From positions 585,889 to 617,888 of the forward strand of contig NZ_CP026530.1 of NCBI RefSeq assembly GCF_004006315.1: a stretch of 32,000 bases of DNA, in the 5' to 3' direction. A model generated the notes under the pieces. The model was not told the origin of the DNA, searched no databases, and was given only the letters and a program-made list of their open reading frames with translations. How positions within the stretch are numbered: the first letter of the stretch is position 1; each line of letters opens with the position of its first letter. Source of the stretch: Nautilia sp. PV-1 (GTDB lineage Bacteria; Campylobacterota; Campylobacteria; Campylobacterales; Nautiliaceae). Position numbers and translations under genes: made by a program. Positions 9,190 through 16,190 of this stretch are shown here, piece by piece.

Positions 9190-9207
9190 AATTTAAATTT
9201 TATTTTT
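9182..9207. repeat. Perfect 26-nt A/T-only palindrome spanning two convergent stop codons (possible bidirectional terminator)
   Basis: AAAAATAAAATTTAAATTTTATTTTT equals its own reverse complement. It covers the cytochrome stop (9187-9189) and the MCP stop (9193-9195). Confidence 0.4.
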
Positions 9208-11583
9208 GTTCACTTCTTTTAACATTGCGTTTGCCATAGTGTTGACTTTGTTTGCAATATTGTCGACTGTAAGGATATTTTCTTCCATTTTTTGTGTTTT
9301 TTGATTTACATTCATTATCTTTTCGGAAGTAGTATTAATTTTGTCGGCCTGATTTACAATACTTTCTCCTATTGTCGTTATAGACTGGGTTAAAATATTT
9401 ATATTGCTATCAATTTCATTTAAACTTTTTTGTGTTTTTTCAGCTAATTTTCTGACTTCGTCTGCAACAACGGCAAAACCTCTTCCGTGTTCTCCGGCTC
9501 TTGCAGCTTCTATAGCGGCGTTTAAAGCAAGTAAATTGGTCTGATCGGCTATTTCCTGTATTATTTTTACAATATTTTTAATATCGTGAGACTGTTCTAC
9601 TACATTTTTGGTATCGTTTGATATATTTAATACTTCTTCGTTTATCATTTGAATATCGTTTGTTACTTCGGAAAGCTCCTCAGACGCTTCTTTGGCAAAA
9701 TGTTTCAGCTGATTCATTTTTTCTTTTAATTGATTGGCTGAAGCGTTTAACTCTTCACCGTTTTCTTTATTTTTGCTTAATATATTTACAATGGTTTCAA
9801 GCACGGAATTAACGGCTTTTTCAACTTTACCTACCGCATGTTCTATTTTTTTGCTGAAGTCCCTTTTCATAGCCCTGTCGAGAACATATACCGTTTTATT
9901 TATGTCTTTGCCTATTATCATTTGAAAATTTTCAAGCATCGCATTGAATATATTTCTTATTTTTTCCAATTCAGGATCTGCCGCTTTTTCACGGATTTGT
10001 CCTTCGAAAATGCCTTTTTTCATTTTTTCAACTTCATTTCCTAAAGCCGTAATCATTAAATTGTCCTGGGCTAGTTTCTGTTCTATTTTTACAATGTTTT
10101 CATTTACTGTTTTCGCCATTTTTCCAAATTCGTCCATGGTGTTGATTTCTATTTCTTTTGCTGAATCGGTTTCTTTGTTTATAAATCTGAAAAACTCGTT
10201 TAATCCGTCTTGGAATATTTGAATGTTTGTTATTATGTTTTTAGATGTTAAGAAGATCATAAATGCGATAATAATAAATAAAAGCAGATACAGCGTGCTG
10301 ATTAGTATTATAAGCTCTATGTTTGTTTTATAGTCGGAATCAACAATTTTTAATATATCTTTTTTTATATAATTTATAATATTGTTTAACGTTTTTATTT
10401 TGTTGTTAATTATTTTTAAAAACTGTTTGTTGTTTTCTTTTAAAAAGAAGAAATTGCTTAAATTTCCTATGATATTTAATACATCCCCGTCATGTTCTGA
10501 TAGTTTGTCATTTAATTTTTCTAAAGGAAGGTTGCCGTTTTTTTCTAATATTTGTATTTTTTGATTATAGATATTTAAAAGTTTGTGTAATAGATTTTTT
10601 TCTATGTCGGTAACATAAGGTAGGGCAAGATAAGAGTTAATATCGTCTTTTAGATCGTCTACGTCGCCTTTCATATCGTCAATAAGATCTTTGTCTTTTG
10701 TTGCGTAATAATTTCTTAAATCTGTTTCAAAGCCGTTTGCTCCTATATCGTCTTTAATAAAACTGACCTGGATTTTTTTGTCTATATCATGCAGAAGTAC
10801 GTTTTCAATATAAATTATTTTTCTAAAAATATTCTTATTGGCATTTATCTGTGAACTGTAATAATCCAATATGTTTTTGGGTGCATTTTTTTTGAAAAAG
10901 TTAATAAAGGTTTTTTGTTTGGTTATAACCTGTGAAAAAAGTTCATAACTTTCCGGGCTGAACAGACCGCTTGAAATAGCTTCGGAGGCTATGATTTTTT
11001 CTATTTCAGTTTTTTCTTTGGTATTTAAAATAGCAAAATAAGAATTTATTATTTTAGAAAGTTTTTCATCCGGGGATAAATATGAAAGTGTTTCAAAAAG
11101 GGAGATTAAATTTGAATTTAATTGAGAATAAAAGGTAATAACCCTGTTTGTTTTTACTAAACCTGTATCTATCTTTTTTCTGACGGTGTTTAAATTTGAA
11201 AGATTATCCAGAATGATTTTTATTTTTTTATAAAAGTCGTAATTTATGTTATTTATTTTCTGCAATGTTATGTGATTTAAAGTAGTAATAAATATATTTT
11301 TGCCGGTATCGGTGTTTTTTCTTTGTTTGAGCATTGCGTTTTTATCGGAAGGGTCTTTTGAATATAAATAAAAAACGGATAATGTTCTTTCTTTTTGAAG
11401 TTCGTTTACTAATTTTTCGGCTTTCAAAGTTAACTGCATTAAGGTCTTGATATTATTAAGCCGGTTTATGTTTTCATATCTTTTATAAATAGAACTTATC
11501 ATAAGCCATAACAAAAAAGCGGACGGAATGACTGTTATAAGCATTATCTTTCTTTTAATTGACAGGTTTTTGAAGAAATACAT
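9193..11583 (-). CDS. Methyl-accepting chemotaxis protein with a large periplasmic NIT-like (nitrate/nitrite-sensing) domain
   Basis: 796 aa with TM1 near the N-terminus and TM2 around aa 420-445. A HAMP-like segment is followed by the MCP signalling core [40 protein letters not shown]. The N-terminal [16 protein letters not shown] resembles the NIT-domain signature (LQxERG.S..yl). Confidence 0.85.
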   Translation of the reverse strand: MYFFKNLSIKRKIMLITVIPSAFLLWLMISSIYKRYENINRLNNIKTLMQLTLKAEKLVNELQKERTLSVFYLYSKDPSDKNAMLKQRKNTDTGKNIFITTLNHITLQKINNINYDFYKKIKIILDNLSNLNTVRKKIDTGLVKTNRVITFYSQLNSNLISLFETLSYLSPDEKLSKIINSYFAILNTKEKTEIEKIIASEAISSGLFSPESYELFSQVITKQKTFINFFKKNAPKNILDYYSSQINANKNIFRKIIYIENVLLHDIDKKIQVSFIKDDIGANGFETDLRNYYATKDKDLIDDMKGDVDDLKDDINSYLALPYVTDIEKNLLHKLLNIYNQKIQILEKNGNLPLEKLNDKLSEHDGDVLNIIGNLSNFFFLKENNKQFLKIINNKIKTLNNIINYIKKDILKIVDSDYKTNIELIILISTLYLLLFIIIAFMIFLTSKNIITNIQIFQDGLNEFFRFINKETDSAKEIEINTMDEFGKMAKTVNENIVKIEQKLAQDNLMITALGNEVEKMKKGIFEGQIREKAADPELEKIRNIFNAMLENFQMIIGKDINKTVYVLDRAMKRDFSKKIEHAVGKVEKAVNSVLETIVNILSKNKENGEELNASANQLKEKMNQLKHFAKEASEELSEVTNDIQMINEEVLNISNDTKNVVEQSHDIKNIVKIIQEIADQTNLLALNAAIEAARAGEHGRGFAVVADEVRKLAEKTQKSLNEIDSNINILTQSITTIGESIVNQADKINTTSEKIMNVNQKTQKMEENILTVDNIANKVNTMANAMLKEVNKNKI

Positions 11584-11594
11584 TTGACATCCTT

Positions 11595-11612
11595 TATGAA
11601 TAGTTGTTCATA
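11595..11612 (-). promoter_or_regulatory. Leader inverted repeat TATGAA-N6-TTCATA abutting the SD of the NIT-MCP gene
   Basis: On the coding strand it reads TATGAACAACTATTCATAAAGGATGTCAAATG, the same architecture as 7887-7918. Confidence 0.5.
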
Positions 11613-11706
11613 ACTTTGTATTATACACATTTTTTCTTCAAATTCAATAAATATATTTTTAATTTATATTTAATTTGAATTTTTTGAATTTTTTTCATAA
11701 ATTCTC

Positions 11707-11735
11707 TTGACATTGAAAAATAATTTCCATATAAT
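11707..11735 (+). promoter_or_regulatory. Consensus sigma70-type promoter of the tRNA operon
   Basis: TTGACA (11707-11712), a 17-nt spacer, then TATAAT (11730-11735), about 35 nt upstream of tRNA-Lys. Confidence 0.75.
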
Positions 11736-11770
11736 TTCAGTCCACAACGACAAGTTGTGAAAGAAAAGCT

Positions 11771-11846
11771 GACCCGTTAGCTCAGTCGGTAGAGCATCTG
11801 CCTTTTAAGCAGAGGGCCGTTGGTTCGAATCCAACACGGGTCACCA
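11771..11846 (+). tRNA. tRNA-Lys (anticodon UUU)
   Basis: The cloverleaf folds by hand: acceptor GACCCGT/ACGGGTC, anticodon stem TCTGC/GCAGA, loop CTTTTAA, T-loop TTCGAAT, encoded CCA. Confidence 0.95.
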
Positions 11847-11854
11847 CGCTAAAT

Positions 11855-11929
<75 letters not shown>

Positions 11930-11964
11930 CTTCACAAAGTCCTAATCCATTAATAAAATTTGTT

Positions 11965-12040
11965 GGTCGCTTAGCTCAGTTGGGAGAGCACCAGCCTTAC
12001 AAGCTGGGGGTCGCAGGTTCGAGCCCTGCAGCGACCACCA
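11965..12040 (+). tRNA. tRNA-Val (anticodon UAC)
   Basis: Acceptor GGTCGCT/AGCGACC, anticodon stem CCAGC/GCTGG, loop CTTACAA, T-loop TTCGAGC, encoded CCA. Confidence 0.95.
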
Positions 12041-12057
12041 TCTACAATGCCAAGAGT

Positions 12058-12135
<78 letters not shown>

Positions 12136-12210
12136 CACTTCAAAAACTCCGTAATTTCGGTATCTTTTAAAAATCAACGAGGTAAGTGTCAGTCGTTTTT
12201 GGCGGATTTT

Positions 12211-12230
12211 TACTGACAATTTAACTGACA
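12211..12230 (+). repeat. Pair of (T/A)ACTGACA direct repeats, 12-bp register (putative integrase arm-type sites, left arm)
   Basis: TACTGACA at 12211-12218 and AACTGACA at 12223-12230. An inverted ACTGACA copy lies at 12187-12193. Confidence 0.55.
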
Positions 12231-12263
12231 AATTTTATTTGTTTTTAAAAAATTATTTTATTT

Positions 12264-12692
12264 TTATAAATGTATAATTTCTATATTAAAAAATTTTTTT
12301 AAATATTCTGCACTTAATCTTCTGTGACATTTATCAGCTGTCTTTTCACTACATAATAAAACTGCATTTTCAAAATCATTAATATTTATTTTATCTTCTA
12401 TTTTTCTTTCTTTTAATAAGTTTAAAAAAATATTTTCATATTCTTCCCATGTTATTTTTTTATTTTTATAGTTTTTCAATAATTCTTCTGTTGGAAAAAA
12501 AAGTTTGTTATGTTCATATTTAATACCATGTAATTTTAAAAAATAAGGAAAATGTTTTATATTTGTAAAGCCAGCAAGTTGTGACTTATTATTTAATCTT
12601 ATATCTATAACTTTTTGTATATTATTTCTAGTTAGTAAATTAAAAAATTCTTCCGCACTTTTTCCAGAAAATCCAATTGTAAATAATTTCAT
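12264..12692 (-). CDS. DUF488-like protein (short, divergent paralog)
   Basis: 142 aa. N-terminal LFTIGFSGKS..F..LL..N.I..VIDIR and C-terminal LLCSEKTADKCHRR match my recollection of the DUF488 pattern (TIGhs...DvR...C.E.....CHR). ATGA overlap with the upstream gene. Confidence 0.7.
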   Translation of the reverse strand: MKLFTIGFSGKSAEEFFNLLTRNNIQKVIDIRLNNKSQLAGFTNIKHFPYFLKLHGIKYEHNKLFFPTEELLKNYKNKKITWEEYENIFLNLLKERKIEDKININDFENAVLLCSEKTADKCHRRLSAEYLKKFFNIEIIHL

Positions 12693-13303
12693 TCATTATC
12701 CCCTTCTTTAGTAAATATATTGTAAGCTATATCTATATTTCTAAGCTTATATGCTTTTTGTAATCTTTCTTCATCGCTGATTTCAGGATGAAATAAATTT
12801 TTTTCTGGTAAAAATTTTATATATTTTTCCAAAAGTTTTTTTTCAAGGTAGGCTTGGGATAGTATTTTATCAGGATAAATATGATAAATATTAAATTTAT
12901 TTCTTAGGAATCTTGAAATTAAAGAAAATCTGTGGCAATCAAACGCTTCTTTTTCGCTGCACATTAATGCGATTTTATAACCTTTTTTTACCCCGTTTAA
13001 AATTCTATCAATTCCGTCTTGAAATTTTTTAGTTTGCATTACTTTTTCAAAATTTACTTTTCCATCTTCAAAAATTAAATTTTTATCTTCCCATCTTGCA
13101 CCTAAAGAATTGCCCATAAATATATAATAAATTTTGTTTTTCTTTAAATAAAATTGTAAATCTTCTTTATTGAACCAGTAAGCATATTTTGAATAAGGAA
13201 TACTTCTTACATCTACAATTACATCAATATTATTTTTTTGAAGTAATTTTATAAAATCTTCTAATTTATGTGTAGAATGCCCTATCGTGAAAATTTCTTC
13301 CAT
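12689..13303 (-). CDS. DUF488-like protein (long paralog)
   Basis: 204 aa. IFTIGHSTHKLEDFIKLLQKNNIDVIVDVRSIPYSKY and LMCSEKEAFDCHRF fit the DUF488 pattern well. A GGAG RBS lies upstream. Confidence 0.75.
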   Translation of the reverse strand: MEEIFTIGHSTHKLEDFIKLLQKNNIDVIVDVRSIPYSKYAYWFNKEDLQFYLKKNKIYYIFMGNSLGARWEDKNLIFEDGKVNFEKVMQTKKFQDGIDRILNGVKKGYKIALMCSEKEAFDCHRFSLISRFLRNKFNIYHIYPDKILSQAYLEKKLLEKYIKFLPEKNLFHPEISDEERLQKAYKLRNIDIAYNIFTKEGDNE

Positions 13304-13322
13304 TTTAATTAAACTCCTATAT

Positions 13323-13988
13323 CTATAAACCTAGGATATCCCATACCTTCTTTTCAGGAAGTATATCTACAAATACTTTTGCAATAATTTTATAACAGTT
13401 GCCGTTAAATGGTTCTCCTAAACTAACAACGAGATAAACATCTTCTATAACTTGTTCTTTTAAATATTCAAAATCCGGATCAGTTAATGGCAAATCGTAA
13501 GTTATATTATTATATATAAATTTTCCTCTTCTTTGCAAAGATTTATTATTTCCTCTATCTTTCCAATATAAACTGATTTTATTAACCTTAATTAAAAAAA
13601 GAGAATAATTAATTTTAAGGTTTTCATCATACTTTATATAATTTTCTTTTCCCCATAAGCTTTTAGGAGTATACACAAAATTTTCTAATTCCTTTAAGTC
13701 AATTTCATTTATAAATTCAATTTTTTTATCAATAATAACATTTTCTGGTTGACAATTTAAAGGAACTTCTTTTAATATTTTTATTTTTGCCAAAAAAGGA
13801 AGATTATTTCGTATTGGAAATATGCAATTATATCCGAGTATATTATAGTCACTCCAAATAATTTCTTTTCCGTTTTTATCTGCAACTATTCGGTAAAATT
13901 TTTTATTATGTATGTCAATTACTGCTACACAATTTTCTGAATGTTTTACTGATGAAGCTACAAAAATTACTTTTTTTTCCAAAATCAT
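13323..13988 (-). CDS. Hypothetical protein (221 aa), first gene of the island cargo operon
   Basis: AAGGA RBS before the ATG at 13988. No TM segment or signal peptide, and no motif I can assign. It lies 19 nt upstream of the DUF488 pair on the same strand. Confidence 0.6.
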   Translation of the reverse strand: MILEKKVIFVASSVKHSENCVAVIDIHNKKFYRIVADKNGKEIIWSDYNILGYNCIFPIRNNLPFLAKIKILKEVPLNCQPENVIIDKKIEFINEIDLKELENFVYTPKSLWGKENYIKYDENLKINYSLFLIKVNKISLYWKDRGNNKSLQRRGKFIYNNITYDLPLTDPDFEYLKEQVIEDVYLVVSLGEPFNGNCYKIIAKVFVDILPEKKVWDILGL

Positions 13989-14085
13989 TCCTTAATTTTA
14001 AATTATATTATATATTTTACTTTAATACTTTTTTAAAAGCAAGGAATAAATTTTCAACTTTAAGTTTTAGCTTTATAAAAAATCA

Positions 14086-15411
14086 TTAATCTCCAATATT
14101 TTTACTGCTTTTTATACGTTTTTTTGAAGTATGCGTTAATGTTTTGTTTATTTCATTTTTTCCGTTTTTTTCAGCTTTATTTTCTTTATTAAATTCATAT
14201 TCCATTTCCGTATAATCCCTTTCAATTTTAAGTTTGACATTTTCATTTTCTAAATCTTTGATTTTTGTTTTTAAGATTTGATTTTTCTCTTTTTCCTGTT
14301 TCAGTTCTTTTTGAAGCTGTTTTACTCTAAAAACGGCTTCGATGAATTCTTTGCCATAGTCTTTTTTGGTTGATGTTGTGGATTTGATTATCTTTTTAGC
14401 CTTATCGGTTTTAATAACTTTTTCTTTTTTAATCAATCCTGTTTCGGTTGAGTGTTTTTCGATAAGCTCAAGCTGTCTTTTTCTAATTCTCTCTTTGATT
14501 GAATTTTCAAATTCGTTTAGCATATGATTTATGTCTTTAAGGGTTGAGACTTTTAAAAGTTTTTTGATTTGAGATAACGTTTGGTAATCATCTTTGGTAA
14601 ATAGTTTATATTGTTCGTTTGCTTCTTGGAGTTTATTATAGTCTTTCATCTGGTTTCTTAATTTTTGGATTCTTTTTTCAAGTCCTTTTTTGGTAAGTTC
14701 GAGTTTTCTGATTTCGGCGTCTTTAAGTAATAAATCTTTTTTTAGTTTTCTGTTTTTCTCTTCAGTTTGTTTTCTTAAATTTTTTTCTTTTTCAAGCTCT
14801 TTTTTTAATTTTAAAACTTCATCGTTTTTAATTTTCATGGCTCTTTTGTATTCGTAGGTGTCAAGTCTTTTTGGTCTTTTTTTCTTTTCTTGCGTATAGT
14901 TTACGCCTCTAGGCATGTTTAAGAGTTTTGCGACTTCATCCTGAAGGGTAATTAAATCTTTTTTGTCCATTTTTCTTCTGACACTCACACCTTCGTTGTC
15001 TATTCCTATAAAGAGTATATGTGCATGATAGTTGATAATTTTATTTCCGTTTTCATCTATGTGTCCTTCGTCTTTATGGATGGCAAACTGGATTACTTTT
15101 GTGTTATATCTTTTCTCAATAAATCTGACTATTTTTTCCAAATCTTCTTTTGTGTGTTTTTCGTTAAGGTTGATTACGGCACTGAAAAGGGTAATCGTTT
15201 TTTTATGAAGTTTCTTACCTGTTCTTCTTTGATAAAGTTCCGTTCTTTTTTTAAGTTCATTGAAATATAATTCCATTGCTTCGTTTGCTTTAAGACTGCA
15301 GTAATTATCATCTTTACTGAATATTGAATTGTTTGTATCCTTTTCCCTGCTGTTGTGATAGAATTCACCGATATTCGCTTTTTCAATATGGATTGAGGAT
15401 TTTCTAATCAT
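14086..15411 (-). CDS. Relaxase / mobilization nuclease (MOBV/Mob-Pre-like) with a long K/E-rich coiled-coil C-terminus
   Basis: N-terminal HNSR (HxxR) and IHKDEGH...NYHAHI (HxDE...HxH) resemble MOBV relaxase motifs I and III. AAGGAG RBS. An oriT-like IR lies immediately upstream. Confidence 0.7.
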   Translation of the reverse strand: MIRKSSIHIEKANIGEFYHNSREKDTNNSIFSKDDNYCSLKANEAMELYFNELKKRTELYQRRTGKKLHKKTITLFSAVINLNEKHTKEDLEKIVRFIEKRYNTKVIQFAIHKDEGHIDENGNKIINYHAHILFIGIDNEGVSVRRKMDKKDLITLQDEVAKLLNMPRGVNYTQEKKKRPKRLDTYEYKRAMKIKNDEVLKLKKELEKEKNLRKQTEEKNRKLKKDLLLKDAEIRKLELTKKGLEKRIQKLRNQMKDYNKLQEANEQYKLFTKDDYQTLSQIKKLLKVSTLKDINHMLNEFENSIKERIRKRQLELIEKHSTETGLIKKEKVIKTDKAKKIIKSTTSTKKDYGKEFIEAVFRVKQLQKELKQEKEKNQILKTKIKDLENENVKLKIERDYTEMEYEFNKENKAEKNGKNEINKTLTHTSKKRIKSSKNIGD

Positions 15412-15434
15412 TACGTAACTCCTTTACGCACTTG

Positions 15435-15491
15435 CGATTGTAAGCTTGCCGAACAATTGCGTAGTGCGTACGCACTACACGTTTTCGTAAA
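15435..15491. other. Candidate oriT (inverted repeats upstream of the relaxase gene)
   Basis: TACGCACTTGCGATTG (15435-15450) pairs with CAATTGCGTAGTGCGTA (15464-15480) across a 13-nt loop. The perfect 14-nt palindrome AGTGCGTACGCACT (15473-15486) overlaps the right arm. The stretch is locally GC-rich in an AT-rich element. Confidence 0.55.
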
Positions 15492-15598
15492 CTCAAACGC
15501 TTGTGCTTTTTAATCTATTTATATGAGTTTAAATTTTTTTAATGGGTTACAAGAAAAAAGAAGAAGAAATTAGGAAAGATAAAATTGTGAGTCAGTTA

Positions 15599-15787
15599 TT
15601 AGTTTATCGTAGAAGATGTTTGAGGTTGTTGAATGTTATTATTTGGAAGTGAGAGAAGTTTGTTTAATTCAGATTGAGTAATATTAATCTGTTCTTTTAT
15701 CTTTTTTATTTTCGATTCCAGTAGGGCTTCTTCTTTTTGCAGTTTTTCTAACTTATTGATTAGCTGTTTTATTTTTCTGTAATCCAT
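15599..15787 (-). CDS. Small coiled-coil protein (62 aa), possible relaxosome accessory factor
   Basis: GGAG RBS and heptad-like K/E/L sequence, located upstream of oriT and the relaxase on the same strand. Function unknown. Confidence 0.45.
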   Translation of the reverse strand: MDYRKIKQLINKLEKLQKEEALLESKIKKIKEQINITQSELNKLLSLPNNNIQQPQTSSTIN

Positions 15788-15935
15788 GGGATAACTCCTT
15801 TTGAGATTAATTATAATAAAGAAGTTATCTTTAAATCGTTTTAGTAAAAAAATTTAAGAAATTTTCAGAAATTTTTTCAATTTCGAGTTTTTTTGAAATT
15901 CTTTATTATAATTAAGTAACAAAAAGGATAAGCCT

Positions 15936-16151
15936 ATGAAGCCTTTTTGTTACTCTACATCTAAAATGGCAGACTATCTCGGTGTAAGTAAAGACTTTCT
16001 TCTTAAAAACAAGAATAAACTCTTCAAAAAAGGAATCCACTATTACGAACCGTATGGAATAAAGAAAACCTTATGGAACGTAGCACAGATGGAAAAATGG
16101 ATAACGGGCAGGGAGGAAAATCCTTTTAAAGAGATTTTAAATGAGCTATAA
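15936..16151 (+). CDS. xis: Excisionase-like / helix-turn-helix DNA-binding protein
   Basis: 71 aa. MADYLGVSKDFLLKN...W...MEKWI resembles the excisionase/AlpA-type HTH. It lies immediately upstream of int. Confidence 0.6.
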   Translation: MKPFCYSTSKMADYLGVSKDFLLKNKNKLFKKGIHYYEPYGIKKTLWNVAQMEKWITGREENPFKEILNEL

Positions 16152-16190
16152 TTGTATTACGATTGACACTTACCTCATAGGAGGTAAGAG

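Noticed and set aside
9451-9550. Inverted nucleotide repeat between the two MCP genes (reverse complement of 9451-9550 versus 29885-29984, roughly 80% identity, with a 23-nt identical core AGAGCCGGAGAACACGGAAGAGG)
   Set aside because: It is fully explained by the universally conserved MCP signalling-domain peptide ([16 protein letters not shown]) encoded on opposite strands, so it is not a mobile or structural repeat. It could still be a substrate for rare inversion.
9618-10564. Cluster of 60-92-aa plus-strand ORFs inside the NIT-MCP gene
   Set aside because: They are antisense shadow frames of the 796-aa chemoreceptor gene, with F/L/S-rich low-complexity translations.
12689-12692. Reading the overlapping small gene pair (204 aa and 142 aa) as a toxin-antitoxin module
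   Set aside because: Both proteins are paralogs of the same DUF488-like fold rather than a toxin and antidote pair. Neither shows a recognisable antitoxin DNA-binding domain or a known toxin motif.
15019-15386. 83-aa (+) and 70-aa (-) ORFs within the relaxase gene
   Set aside because: They are alternative-frame or antisense ORFs nested in the 441-aa relaxase ORF, which has the RBS and the conserved motifs.
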